NCBI GenBank assembly: GCA_002402995.1
Contig: DHGX01000001.1
Span: 85,625 to 149,624 of the forward strand
Length of the DNA: 64,000 nucleotides
Direction: 5' to 3'
Source: Patescibacteria group bacterium UBA4787
Lineage (GTDB): Bacteria > Patescibacteriota > Patescibacteriia > UBA2591 > UBA4787
Of this stretch, positions 1 to 9,869 are shown piece after piece. The position numbers and the translations under genes are program-made. Each line of letters begins with the position of its first letter. The stretch's first letter is position 1. The notes under the pieces are model-generated. The model was not told the DNA's origin and ran no database searches. It was given only the letters and a program-made list of their open reading frames with translations.

Positions 1-644
1 ATTTTAAAGAAGAAAACGGGTGTTTCGTAAAGAATAAAGTTATTTTTTATCGCCACAACGGAAAAGAGAATAAAGTTATTAGTCTTAAAGATATCAAAAT
101 ATTGGGTCAACATAATTTAGAAAATATTTTAGCAGCCACAACAACATCTTTAGTGGACGGTATTAAAAGCAAAGACATTAAAGAAGCGATTAAAAATTTT
201 TCCGGCGTGCCAGATCGTTTTGAGTTAACCAGAACGTGGCATGGTGTTAAATTCATCAATGACACAACCGCTACAACACCGGAAGCTTCAATCAATGCTA
301 TTAAAATTTGTCGATCATTTTCGTATAAAAATATATTTTTGATCGCTGGCGGCGCGGACAAAAAATTGAATTATACTTCCTGGGCGGGCGCGGTTAAAAA
401 ATATTCCGCTCAACCCTTTTTATTAGAAGGAACAGCTACTCCTAAGATTTATCAATCTCTTGGCAAGAGAGGCATAAAAGCGGTTATTTTCGATGACCTC
501 AAAAAATGCTTTAATCAAATTATTAGTTTGGTTAAAAGGGGCGACACCGTTCTTTTGTCTCCAGCCGCGGCTAGTTTCGGGATGTTCAAAAATGAATTTG
601 ATCGCGGCCGCCAGTTTACTCAATTAGCGAAATTGTTAAAATAG
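1..644 (+). CDS. murD: UDP-N-acetylmuramoyl-L-alanine--D-glutamate ligase, 5'-truncated by window edge
   Basis: Frame is open from the window start; GxHNxEN, FINDTTATTP, LIAGGADK, LLSPAAASFGMFKNEFDRGRQF match the MurD C-terminal half; directly upstream of ftsW. Confidence 0.92.
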   Translation, partial: FKEENGCFVKNKVIFYRHNGKENKVISLKDIKILGQHNLENILAATTTSLVDGIKSKDIKEAIKNFSGVPDRFELTRTWHGVKFINDTTATTPEASINAIKICRSFSYKNIFLIAGGADKKLNYTSWAGAVKKYSAQPFLLEGTATPKIYQSLGKRGIKAVIFDDLKKCFNQIISLVKRGDTVLLSPAAASFGMFKNEFDRGRQFTQLAKLLK

Positions 645-694
645 AATAGAACAGAACCATAGAAAATAGAAAGTAGAATTATCAACGAATTTAC

Positions 695-710
695 TCCGCC
701 AACTGGCGGA
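695..710. repeat. Short GC-rich REP-like palindrome TCCRCC-N4-GGYGGA (also at 5175-5190, 50307-50322, 55789-55804)
   Basis: tccgccaactggcgga, tccgccggtcggcgga, tccaccagctggtgga and tccgccagctggcgga read directly from the sequence. Confidence 0.75.
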
Positions 711-756
711 ACAAATTTACGAATTATGAGTTTAGAAATTAGAATTTTTTAATATT

Positions 757-1857
757 ATGTTCAAATCAGAGCATCAGCCGGATTATATTCTTATCGTCAT
801 TACTGTAATTATTTTATTTTTAGGTTTAGTGGTTTTGTCTTCAGCTTCTTCGGTGGTTGGTTTCCAAAAATTCGGCGACAGCTATTATTTTTTAAAACAT
901 CAATTATTAGTCGGAGTTCTGCCAGGACTTATTTTATTTTATTTAGCCAGTAAACTAGACTATCAAATTTTAAAAAAGATCGCTTTGCCATTTTTAATAA
1001 TAAGCGTTATTTTAAATTTTTTGGTTTTTGCTCCGGTAATTGGTTTCTCAAGCGGTGGAGCCCATCGTTGGATTAGAATATTCGGTTTTATTTTTCAGCC
1101 CAGTGAATTATTAAAATTAAGTTTCTTATTATATTTGGCCAGCTGGCTTGATGCCAGACCCAACAGGGTAAAATCATTATATGAAGGGTTTTTGCCCTTT
1201 GTCGCGGTTCTGGTTCTGGTTTCTATCCCGGTTGTTTTACAACCAGATCTGGGAAGCTTGATTATTATTTTTATTATTGCCGTGTCAGTCTATTTTATGG
1301 CCGGCGCAAAAGCCAGTCATTTTTTGATTTTAATTAGCGCTATTTTGGCTATAGTTTTTTTGGCTATTTTATTAGAGCCTTATCGTTTGACTAGATTAAC
1401 CACTTTTCTTCATCCGAGTCTAGATCCGCAGGGAATCGGTTATCACATCAAACAATCTTTGATAGCTGTTGGCTCGGGCGGATTTTTCGGTTTGGGTCTC
1501 GGGCATTCACGCCAAAAATATCTTTATTTGCCGGAGGCTCATAGTGATTCCATTTTCGCGGTGATGGCCGAAGAATTGGGCTTTTTTATGATTCTGGCTT
1601 TTCTCGGGATAATTTTACTTTTAGCCTATCGTTGTCTTAAGATTGCCAGAAAAGCGCCGGATCACTTTGGTAAAATTTTGGTTAGCGGGGTTATGGTTTG
1701 GTTCATCTTGCAAGCTTTTATAAATATCGGAGCAATGATCAATCTTTTTCCTTTGACTGGTATTCCTCTACCCCTGATTAGTTCTGGAGGAACGGCGATG
1801 ATTGTTTTTTTGGCTGCCTTGGGTATAGTAGTTAATATTTCAAAAGAGACAATCTAA
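757..1857 (+). CDS. ftsW: SEDS family peptidoglycan glycosyltransferase FtsW
   Basis: GAHRWI, FQPSELLK, LQPDLG, YLPEAHSDSIF, GIPLPLISSGGT motifs; about 10 TM segments; follows murD. Confidence 0.93.
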   Translation: MFKSEHQPDYILIVITVIILFLGLVVLSSASSVVGFQKFGDSYYFLKHQLLVGVLPGLILFYLASKLDYQILKKIALPFLIISVILNFLVFAPVIGFSSGGAHRWIRIFGFIFQPSELLKLSFLLYLASWLDARPNRVKSLYEGFLPFVAVLVLVSIPVVLQPDLGSLIIIFIIAVSVYFMAGAKASHFLILISAILAIVFLAILLEPYRLTRLTTFLHPSLDPQGIGYHIKQSLIAVGSGGFFGLGLGHSRQKYLYLPEAHSDSIFAVMAEELGFFMILAFLGIILLLAYRCLKIARKAPDHFGKILVSGVMVWFILQAFINIGAMINLFPLTGIPLPLISSGGTAMIVFLAALGIVVNISKETI

Positions 1858-1866
1858 AATAGACAT

Positions 1867-2277
1867 ATGAGTGGTTCGCGCCTCAAACAAAAATTGCCGT
1901 TCATTCATTCGCCGGCTTTTACTCTGGTTTTGTTATTTCTTTTTTTGTTTTTGACAATCGCTTTGATCAAAGAGACTGCAAAATTTATTAATATTTCCCG
2001 TCAACTTTCTTCGGCCAGAAAAGGCATCGTAAAATTAGAAGAAAAAAATCAGAATATGGCAAGCGAGCTGAATTATTTACAGGATGATTTTTCTAAAGAA
2101 AAGGAGGCGCGCGAAAAATTAAATATGCTTAAACCTGGCGAAAAGAAAATTATTATTCAAGCGTCTGGCAAAAATTTTAAAAATAATGACTGGGTTGCCG
2201 GATTGACGCTGAAAAAAGAATCTCTATGGCAAAAAATTTATCAGTGGGTAAGTTCCTTGTTTCATCTTTATAATTGA
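1867..2277 (+). CDS. Septum formation initiator (DivIC/FtsB/FtsL-like)
   Basis: One TM segment, a coiled coil, then EKEAREKLNMLKPGEK, typical of DivIC; follows ftsW. Confidence 0.75.
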   Translation: MSGSRLKQKLPFIHSPAFTLVLLFLFLFLTIALIKETAKFINISRQLSSARKGIVKLEEKNQNMASELNYLQDDFSKEKEAREKLNMLKPGEKKIIIQASGKNFKNNDWVAGLTLKKESLWQKIYQWVSSLFHLYN

Positions 2278-2636
2278 TTGTTTATCCAGGTTTCAATATC
2301 GTTGCGCCATACCGGTTCTAATATTATCTTCGCTAAATTTTATATCAAATTAAATACTCTACATTTCCTCAAACAGGTTTTAATATCGTCCTATCCGGAG
2401 AGCCAAGCGGGATTTGCAGAGCCGAAAGCTCCGCTTTTCTCTTTGTTAGAGCCTATCTGGGCAGGTTCTAACCGTCCAATCTTTTGTTTTATTGTAAGAA
2501 AAATTGAAAGCCACTCCGCTGTTTTTTATACCGCCACCGGACGCGACGAGATATTCAATTTATTTATAAACGTAAATATTACTGATAAAGATGTGCGTAA
2601 ATTACATAATAAAGAAGTTAAAGAATTAAAAAAATT

Positions 2637-3107
2637 ATGAATAATACACTCAAACTCATCGTCGCCATCGTAGTTTCTGAGCTGGCCGGTATTATCGGCT
2701 CGGTATTTACGACTCCGTCCATTGCCGGCTGGTACGCAGGACTGGTTAAGCCTGCCCTAAATCCGCCGGCATGGGTGTTTGGTCCGGTCTGGACGACGTT
2801 ATTCGTTCTTATGGGCATCGCGGCATTCCTGATCTGGAAGAAAGGATTGGATCGTAGGGATATTAAGATAGCTCTCGGTATATTTCTCGGTCAGCTAGTT
2901 TTAAACACGCTTTGGTCGATTATCTTTTTCGGCTTGCATTCTCCGGGCGGTGCGTTCATTGAGATTATATTCCTCTGGCTTGCCATCCTCGCTACGATCG
3001 CTACTTTCGCAAGAATTTCTAAACCGGCTGCATGGCTTTTGGTGCCCTACGTTCTTTGGGTGAGTTTCGCCTCGTATTTAAACTTTGCCATCTGGTCGTT
3101 GAATTAA
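2637..3107 (+). CDS. tspO: TspO/MBR tryptophan-rich sensory protein
   Basis: WYAGLVKPALNPPAWVFGPVWTTL, QLVLNTLWSIIFF, LLVPYVLWVSFASYLN. Confidence 0.93.
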   Translation: MNNTLKLIVAIVVSELAGIIGSVFTTPSIAGWYAGLVKPALNPPAWVFGPVWTTLFVLMGIAAFLIWKKGLDRRDIKIALGIFLGQLVLNTLWSIIFFGLHSPGGAFIEIIFLWLAILATIATFARISKPAAWLLVPYVLWVSFASYLNFAIWSLN

Positions 3108-3493
3108 ATCCATTAAGCAAATATGACTCGCTGTAATTTGCTTAATATCGCGTAAGTTAAGCAAATCGTCCCGTCCCAAGCTCGCAATTTTGGGCAACGC
3201 GCCGGGTCAGATTCTCAATCGGTATCCAACTACCCCGGGGACAAAGCTCGCCTCCGGGGCAAACAGGTGGCAAATTCGAATCAATCCTCTTTGTATTCGG
3301 CCAGCAGTTGATTCATTTGGGAGAGAACGACGGTCAGATGCTTGTATTCATCCGCCCAATCAAACGTTCGGAAATCGTTGAGCAGGGCGAGCTCACAAGA
3401 GAGTCAACTTTGGCTGGTTTTTATTCGTGATTATTTTCAGATTCGCATTGCTCTAGCTGGCGAATATTTATAAAGATGCTAAACTGAATATAT

Positions 3494-4072
3494 ATGTGGT
3501 GGGATTATTTCATTTTCCAAAAACTGAATTATTTGATTAATCATAAAACCATGACCGGTTTTTATTTTGATACAGCTACAATCTTTTTGGCTGATATTTT
3601 GATATTTTTTATTCCAGCTTTAATTTTAATCTTTTATTTTTTAGCCCCCAAAATAAAGAAAATAATTTATCAACAAGCTATAATAGTGGCCGCTTTATCG
3701 GCCGCATTTGCTTTTTCAGTAAGCCAGATTATTGGAAAGATTTATTTTCGCCCCAGACCATTCGTATCGCATCAGGAAACGATTCGTTTAATCAAGGCAT
3801 TAGAGACTATATCCGACAAATCTTTCCCTTCGGACCATACTACTGTGTCCTTTGCTATTGCTTTTGCCGTATTTTTTTATAATCGTTATTTGGGGTGGAT
3901 CTTATTGATTATGAGTCTTTTGATCGGCGCGGCGAGAATTATCGCCGGGGTTCATTATCCTTTAGATGTTTTAGGCGGTATAGTTCTTGGTTTATTAAGC
4001 GCGCTATTGGTTAAATTTCTTTTTGAGACTAAAATAAAGAATAAAATATGGCCGACCTCGTCGAACAATTAA
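3494..4072 (+). CDS. PAP2 family phosphatase (BcrC-like undecaprenyl-diphosphatase)
   Basis: RPRPF, SFPSDH, ARIIAGVHYPLDVLGG motifs. Confidence 0.88.
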   Translation: MWWDYFIFQKLNYLINHKTMTGFYFDTATIFLADILIFFIPALILIFYFLAPKIKKIIYQQAIIVAALSAAFAFSVSQIIGKIYFRPRPFVSHQETIRLIKALETISDKSFPSDHTTVSFAIAFAVFFYNRYLGWILLIMSLLIGAARIIAGVHYPLDVLGGIVLGLLSALLVKFLFETKIKNKIWPTSSNN

Positions 4073-4686
4073 TCGCCAGCAAATATCTTAAAGCACCTCA
4101 CTTGATTAAAGCGTTTAAAAAAATTAAACGCGAAGATTTCGTTTTACCTGGAGCGAAAGAAGAAGCAGGGCTAAACGTTCCTTTAAATATAGGATTCGGC
4201 CAAACAATTTCTCAACCCTTAACCGTGGCCTTTATGTTAGAACTATTAGAACCAAGAAAAACCGAAAAAGTCTTAGATATTGGTTCGGGATCGGGTTGGG
4301 TGTCGGCTTTATTGACAGAGATAGTCGGCGAAAGTGGCAGAGTCTACGCCATTGAACGAATCGAGGAATTAAAAAGTTTCGGTGAACAAAATACGGAAAA
4401 ATATAGATTTGTTTCCGACGGGCGGTTGAAATTTTTTGTAGGCGATGGCGCAAAAGGACTGCCGGAATACGCGCCTTTTGACGTGATTCACGTGGCTGCT
4501 AGCGCTGCGACAATTCCGTCAGCCTTATTGGATCAACTGGCAATTGGCGGGCGCTTGATCATACCTGAGGGTGTGGACACCCAAGAATTAGTTTTAATTG
4601 AACGTAAAAGCGAAAATGAATATACTCAGCGCCGTTTTAGTGGTTTTGTCTTCGTACCCCTAATCTCCAAAACAATAAATAGATAG
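4048..4686 (+). CDS. pcm: Protein-L-isoaspartate O-methyltransferase
   Basis: GFGQTISQP, VLDIGSGSGW, APFDVIHVAA, FVFVPL. Confidence 0.93.
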   Translation: MADLVEQLIASKYLKAPHLIKAFKKIKREDFVLPGAKEEAGLNVPLNIGFGQTISQPLTVAFMLELLEPRKTEKVLDIGSGSGWVSALLTEIVGESGRVYAIERIEELKSFGEQNTEKYRFVSDGRLKFFVGDGAKGLPEYAPFDVIHVAASAATIPSALLDQLAIGGRLIIPEGVDTQELVLIERKSENEYTQRRFSGFVFVPLISKTINR

Positions 4687-4719
4687 GTTCGTAAAATTAA
4701 ATTATAAATTTTTAAAATT

Positions 4720-5118
4720 ATGGCCGAACCAAAATTAAGCCCTAAATGGTTAAGGCTTGTTATTTTCTGGATAGGTATTATCGCGACTGTAACATATAGG
4801 GCGATTATTATTTTTAATCATTATAAAATTTATTTTTGGTCGGATGTTCTATGGTATGTCGGCACCATAGGTTTCGTGATTTATTTCTGGCATCGCTCCC
4901 AAATTTCTGAACGCCGCATCAAAGTTATTCAAGAACAAAATCTGGGAGAAAAAATCAGACAGTCGTCCCTCGATTCCGAAACTAAAGAATCGGTTAATTA
5001 TGTGATTGGGGGCTTGTCTTCTTCTATGGAAAAATGGAATTATACCGCAATTTTTATTACTTCTGGACTAGCCTTGTTTTTTATGGTCGCTTTGAATTTA
5101 TTCAAATTAAGTAAATAG
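4720..5118 (+). CDS. Hypothetical membrane protein (3 TM)
   Basis: 132-aa ORF with three hydrophobic segments, co-oriented with neighbours. Confidence 0.65.
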   Translation: MAEPKLSPKWLRLVIFWIGIIATVTYRAIIIFNHYKIYFWSDVLWYVGTIGFVIYFWHRSQISERRIKVIQEQNLGEKIRQSSLDSETKESVNYVIGGLSSSMEKWNYTAIFITSGLALFFMVALNLFKLSK

Positions 5119-5154
5119 AAGGTGCTTTACTTAAATTTCACCGGCTTTATAATA

Positions 5155-5206
5155 GAGGGTGTTAATCCTGTGTTTCCGCCGGTCGGCGGATCGTTCGCTT
5201 GATAAT
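5155..5206. repeat. Dispersed intergenic repeat family C (about 8 copies: ~5155, 5818, 22481, 29712, 36428, 39864, 40434, 58152)
   Basis: Shared blocks AAGGTRTTAA(A)CCCTGTGTT...CGCTCGC...GGAAAAG hairpin...CTCGCTTRATAATA in either orientation. Confidence 0.7.
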
Positions 5207-5252
5207 AAATTATTGAACCAAATGAATCTAAAATTATTTATTTTATAAAATT

Positions 5253-5819
5253 ATGCCACTTAATATTGATACAATTCCCGGGGGTAAGGAATTAATTGAT
5301 GCTCAAAAAACTCTCGAGACCGCTGGTATTATTGAAGGTATGCGCGTAGGAGATTTAGGCTGTGGCGCTCGCGGACTTTTTGCTCTACAAACAGCCAAAT
5401 TGGTTGGTCGCAAAGGATTGGTTTATGCTATAGATATTTTAAAAAATATTTTACATGGCATTGAAATAAACGCCAAAGAATATGGACTGAGTAACATCAA
5501 AACCGTTTGGTCGGATTTAGAAATTTATGGCGCTACAAAAATTCAGGAAAATTCTTTGGATATGTGTTTGTTGATCAATGTGCTTTTTCAAACCAAAGAC
5601 GATAAAACCGTAATTAGAGAGGCGGCGCGATTATTAAAAAACGGCGGCCGATTGTTGGTGGTTGATTGGGAAAAAACCGGCGCTCCTTTTGGTCCGAAAG
5701 TTGAAGAGAGGGTTAATGTTGATGCTCTGAAGAAATTCGCGCAAGAAATTGATATGATATTGGAAAAAGAATTTGAGCCAGGGCCTTATCACTTTGCGAC
5801 AGTTTTTATTAAAAAATAG
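5253..5819 (+). CDS. Class I SAM-dependent methyltransferase
   Basis: VGDLGCGARG, YAIDI, LLKNGGRLLVVDW, GPYHF. Confidence 0.85.
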   Translation: MPLNIDTIPGGKELIDAQKTLETAGIIEGMRVGDLGCGARGLFALQTAKLVGRKGLVYAIDILKNILHGIEINAKEYGLSNIKTVWSDLEIYGATKIQENSLDMCLLINVLFQTKDDKTVIREAARLLKNGGRLLVVDWEKTGAPFGPKVEERVNVDALKKFAQEIDMILEKEFEPGPYHFATVFIKK

Positions 5820-5876
5820 AAGGTGTTAAACCTTTTGTTGTTGCGTTCGCTCGCTTAATAATAAATTATTCATATA

Positions 5877-6236
5877 ATGGGACTAACCCAAGAAATCGGC
5901 CGTCGTGGGGAAAACGAGGCGGTTGATTTTTTAAAAAAGAAAAAATATAAAATAATTGGACGCAACTTCCGCACGTCTAAATTTGGCGAAATTGATATTA
6001 TTGCCGAAAACAATAACCAGCTGATTTTCGTGGAAGTTAAAGCGAAAACAAATTATAACTTCGGGGCCCCAGAAGAAGAATTCACGCGATATAAAAAGAA
6101 AAAAATGCGACGCGCTATTCAAGATTATTTTTGGGCCAAAAAGTTAGAAACCGAAAATTGGCGTATTGATTTGGTTGCCGTCGATTTTCTACGAGATAGA
6201 ACGGAAATTCGCCAACATACTATTTATCAAGATTAA
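5877..6236 (+). CDS. YraN/UPF0102 family PD-(D/E)xK protein
   Basis: GRRGENEA, RNFR, GEIDIIA, FVEVK, RIDLVAV. Confidence 0.9.
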   Translation: MGLTQEIGRRGENEAVDFLKKKKYKIIGRNFRTSKFGEIDIIAENNNQLIFVEVKAKTNYNFGAPEEEFTRYKKKKMRRAIQDYFWAKKLETENWRIDLVAVDFLRDRTEIRQHTIYQD

Positions 6237-6257
6237 GATTTTATTTTCCATCGCCAC

Positions 6258-6362
6258 TTGACAAAAAGCCTTAATTTTAAGTAAAATTAGATTGTCTTCT
6301 ATTTTAAGACAGAATAAAAATAAAATAGTTCTTTAAATAAAAAATCAAAATGGGAAAGGAGG
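6258..6362 (+). promoter_or_regulatory. Sigma70-type promoter, boxA-like motif and SD upstream of arc
   Basis: TTGACA 6258-6263, 18-bp spacer, TAAAAT 6282-6287; GTTCTTTAAA 6328-6337; AGGAGG 6357-6362. Confidence 0.65.
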
Positions 6363-6369
6363 GTGTAAA

Positions 6370-8094
6370 ATGCCCGAAACCTTGAAACAGCGTCTGCAGA
6401 AGTGGATTCGCGACGAGGGTAGTTCAATCGATAAACTGGTCGAGTTTATTCAGCAGGAAATCAACGCGGTTATCCAGGAAAAGATCAAGCAGGTCGGAGC
6501 TTTAGTCGAGAAACTAAAGAATAGCGAAAATGCGCGACTCGATTTATTTGAGAAGTTCCAGGAACTAGTGAAGCGCTACAAGAATCTGAAAGAGCCGCCT
6601 TCAAGCTATGGCCGTGTTTTAGACAAACAGAGCGAACACGATCGTCTATTAAATCAAGACACTAAAACCGTAACCATTATCACTGCCGAAGGACGGATTA
6701 TGAAGGTTTTAGCCGAATCCGATGAGCTGTATAACAGGTTAAAATTCGGCGACAGCGTAGTAATAAACGCTAACGGCAACATTACGGCCTGCGGCTCGTT
6801 CCTCGGTAATGGTAGAACTGCGACCATCGAAATTGTCCTTGATGCGCGCCGGGCCCTGATCAATACGGGTACGGATCACAAAGAGGAGGTTTATTTGGTC
6901 CCTGGTTTCGCCAGTTTGAAATCTGGTGACGTGGTGGTTTACGATCCGTATTCGCACTTCGTTCTGGAGAAGATTCCGAAGGACGCCAATTTGAGCGAAC
7001 TGGAGCTGGAAAAGGTTCCGAACATTTCTTTGGACGACATCGGCGGTTTGCCGGAACAGAAAAGCACTATTGCTTTTAATATCTTGTCGCCGTTGGTTTA
7101 TCCCGAGATTTTCCAGAAACAGAAGCTCGAAATGTCCAAGGGCGCGATTTTGATCGGCCCTCCGGGCTGCGGCAAGACCATGATGGCCAAAGCGATCGCT
7201 CACGAACTGACGATGCATATGCGGGAAAAGCTCAAGAACCCAACGGCTATGGGCTGCTTCCTTTATGTGCGCGGTCCGGAACTTTCCGCCTGGTTGGTCG
7301 GTATGACCGAGTACAAGCTGCGCGAATTGTTCAAGAAAGCGGTGGAGAAAGCCAAGGAAACTGGTATTCCAACCGTCATTTACATTGACGAGGTGGAATC
7401 TTTTTTGAGGACGCGTGGAACAGGGATCTCTTCTGATGTGAAGGACGATTACGTGACCCAATTTAACTCTTTGGTTGACGGCCTTGACGAGACCGGCGGT
7501 CTGGTGTTTGTGCTGGCAGCCTCTAATCGTCCGGACATGATCGACCCGGCTGTGATGCGCGAAGGCCGACTTGACCTGAAGGTGATGGTCAGCCGTCCGA
7601 CACGCACAGAGCATGCCGAGGACATCCTGCGCAAGTATTTGACTTCGGATCTTTATTTCGACAAGTGTCACGAGAATGACGATAAGACGGTCTTGGTCAA
7701 CGAGTGGATCAAGAAAATCGCCAACTTCATTTTCGCGGACACGGAAGAGACGGAGTTCATGCGAGTGGACTATGTTGACGGCACAAACGAGGTTCTGTAT
7801 TTCCGGCATTTCGTTTCCGGCGCATTACTGAAAGCAATCGTCGATGAGGCGAAGCGCAAAGCTATCCGGCGGGAAATGGAAAAGCGCGGTGACTGTGGCT
7901 TAACGATAGACGACTTCTTGTCGGCTACAACGGAAAAGTTCTGCCAGAATAAACATCTGATTGACAAAGATGCTCTGCGGCAGGAATTCATTCTGCGGCC
8001 GGGCAAGACCGTTGAGAAGGTCATCAGCCTCGTGGAAACCAAGGAGGTGGAGAAGGAGCGCGGTGGTCTGAATGTTGACAGTGATGCTGTGTAA
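6370..8094 (+). CDS. arc: Proteasome-associated AAA ATPase (ARC/Mpa)
   Basis: N-terminal coiled coil, EPPSSYG, OB region, LELEKVPNISLDDIGGL, Walker A GPPGCGKT, VRGPEL pore loop, Walker B IYIDEVE, SRH ASNRPDMIDPAVMREGRLD, EVLYFRHFVSGA. Confidence 0.92.
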   Translation: MPETLKQRLQKWIRDEGSSIDKLVEFIQQEINAVIQEKIKQVGALVEKLKNSENARLDLFEKFQELVKRYKNLKEPPSSYGRVLDKQSEHDRLLNQDTKTVTIITAEGRIMKVLAESDELYNRLKFGDSVVINANGNITACGSFLGNGRTATIEIVLDARRALINTGTDHKEEVYLVPGFASLKSGDVVVYDPYSHFVLEKIPKDANLSELELEKVPNISLDDIGGLPEQKSTIAFNILSPLVYPEIFQKQKLEMSKGAILIGPPGCGKTMMAKAIAHELTMHMREKLKNPTAMGCFLYVRGPELSAWLVGMTEYKLRELFKKAVEKAKETGIPTVIYIDEVESFLRTRGTGISSDVKDDYVTQFNSLVDGLDETGGLVFVLAASNRPDMIDPAVMREGRLDLKVMVSRPTRTEHAEDILRKYLTSDLYFDKCHENDDKTVLVNEWIKKIANFIFADTEETEFMRVDYVDGTNEVLYFRHFVSGALLKAIVDEAKRKAIRREMEKRGDCGLTIDDFLSATTEKFCQNKHLIDKDALRQEFILRPGKTVEKVISLVETKEVEKERGGLNVDSDAV

Positions 8095-8102
8095 ATCAAT
8101 CC

Positions 8103-8133
8103 AGAGGGGAGCTCAAGCTTCCCTCTTTTATTT
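8103..8133 (+). terminator. Intrinsic terminator after arc
   Basis: AGAGGG.GAGC-TCAA-GCTT.CCCTCT followed by a T-rich tail. Confidence 0.65.
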
Positions 8134-8216
8134 ATTTAATTAATTTTTTATTGACCAATGCACCTCGGCTTATTTTATCAAAAATAACGACTGTTGATAA
8201 AAACTTCTAAATGGGG

Positions 8217-8291
8217 TTGACAAATTGGGTTTTTTACAACTATAATTAAGTATTAAAAAATTAAATATCGTTCTTTAAAAAGAAAGGGGGT
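8217..8291 (+). promoter_or_regulatory. Consensus sigma70 promoter and boxA-like motif upstream of dop
   Basis: TTGACA 8217-8222, 18-bp spacer, TATAAT 8241-8246; GTTCTTTAAAA 8270-8280; G-rich SD. Confidence 0.75.
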
Positions 8292-8297
8292 AACTCA

Positions 8298-9869
8298 ATG
8301 AGAATCCCAAAAGTTTTTGGCATAGAAACCGAATGGTCTGTTCGTGTTCGAACGCGCAATAGCGTCAGGTTAGCTAACGCCAAAGAATTCGGCGTATTAA
8401 TAAAATTTATACGCGAATTTTTTACTTTGACCAACACCAGACAAGATTCCCAATGGGAGGCTTGTTCGGTTGATGCTGACCGCGAGTTAGAGCAAGAAAT
8501 AGATCTGCGGCATATCGAGAGTGTTGGTTATCTACCGAACGGCGCTCGTTTATATGTCGACTGGCCGCATTTGGAATATTCAACGCCCGAATGTCAGACG
8601 ATTCGTGATTTAATCGCCGCTGACCAAGCTGGCAATTGGCTGCTTAATATGGCCGCCAAAAAAGCCAGTCAACTCTTGAAAAGAGAGATTATAATTATCA
8701 AAGATAATTCCGATCGCAAAGGCGTTTCTTATGCCAGCCACGAGAATTATTCTTTGCAGCCCAGAACATTTAAGGCCATGATCGACCGACAGAACAGCGA
8801 AGCTCGCGATTTGATTTTGCCGTTTTTGGTAACGCGTCAAATTTTGGCCGGAGCCGGCAAAGTTGGTTCCGAAGCTAATAATTTGAGATCTGCAGATTAC
8901 GGCGAAACAAATTTTCAGATTTCGCAACGCGCAGATTTTATCAATGAAATTATCGGTATCGCCACTACGTCGCCGCGCAATCTGATCAACAGGCGCGATG
9001 AACCACATGCTGATTCTGATCTCTGCCGGCGATTGCATGTTATTATTGGTGATGCCAATTTCTGCGATTGGTCTTATTTTTTGCGCGTTGGAACCTACGC
9101 TCTGGTTTTGCGCATGCTGGAAGATTGCTTTATCGGCAATTCGCCAGTTTGTGTCGACAACCACTGGCTCGAAGCGCTTTATCAGACCTCGCGAGATTTG
9201 ACATGCAAGAAGAAGTTGCAGATTGGCACGGCTAGTCAATCACAGATGAATCCGATCGAGATTCAGCGTTGGTATCTTGGCTTAGTCAAGGAATATCTTG
9301 CCGAGTTTAAAGGCAGCGCCGAAGATCATGAGGTTTGTGAAAAATGGGAATATGTTTTAAACGCTCTGGACAACGACCCGAACCAATTGTTCGGCGTCTT
9401 GGACTGGGTAACAAAGAAATGTATTCTTGATCAATATCTTCAACACCAAGGCTTGCTTTGGCAGGATTCTCGGCTCCGTGTAATCGACATAGCTTACCAC
9501 AATATTAGCGATGAGGCTGGTCTTTATTATCAATTTTTAAAAAAAGGGAAAATCCAGAAATTGATTAATAACGAGTTGTTAATGGATAGGGTTCATAATC
9601 CTCCCGTTGACACACGCGCCTATTTGCGCGGAAAGATCGCTCGGCTTTATCCTGAGTTTGTGGAAGATTGGGAGATAATTTCCAATCGCATGCCAAGTAG
9701 ATTTCGTAAGGAACAGTTGGATTCGTTAAGGGTTATCCTAGAAGAAAAACACATTATTACTTTGGGTAACCCGGTTTTAACGCGAGAAGAGAGCGAAGAA
9801 ATTTTCAAACAAATTATTAATCTTTTGAAATCATGGAAAGGAGGAAGCGAAGATGTTAACACGACTTGA
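8298..9869 (+). CDS. dop: Pup deamidase/depupylase Dop-like (PafA/Dop family)
   Basis: FGIETEW, Trp-containing Dop-loop-like insert, NGARLYVDWPHLEYSTPEC, KDNSDRKGVSYASHENY (Dop type), ISQRADF, RDEPHAD, RRLHVIIGDAN, PPVDTRAYLRG. Confidence 0.85.
   Translation: MRIPKVFGIETEWSVRVRTRNSVRLANAKEFGVLIKFIREFFTLTNTRQDSQWEACSVDADRELEQEIDLRHIESVGYLPNGARLYVDWPHLEYSTPECQTIRDLIAADQAGNWLLNMAAKKASQLLKREIIIIKDNSDRKGVSYASHENYSLQPRTFKAMIDRQNSEARDLILPFLVTRQILAGAGKVGSEANNLRSADYGETNFQISQRADFINEIIGIATTSPRNLINRRDEPHADSDLCRRLHVIIGDANFCDWSYFLRVGTYALVLRMLEDCFIGNSPVCVDNHWLEALYQTSRDLTCKKKLQIGTASQSQMNPIEIQRWYLGLVKEYLAEFKGSAEDHEVCEKWEYVLNALDNDPNQLFGVLDWVTKKCILDQYLQHQGLLWQDSRLRVIDIAYHNISDEAGLYYQFLKKGKIQKLINNELLMDRVHNPPVDTRAYLRGKIARLYPEFVEDWEIISNRMPSRFRKEQLDSLRVILEEKHIITLGNPVLTREESEEIFKQIINLLKSWKGGSEDVNTT

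Noticed and set aside
2278-2640. 120-aa plus-strand ORF before tspO
   Set aside because: TTG start, no recognisable motifs; the region looks more like a minus-strand gene remnant plus promoter.
6739-7809. 356-aa antisense ORF within arc
   Set aside because: Shadow ORF of a GC-rich coding strand; no motifs.
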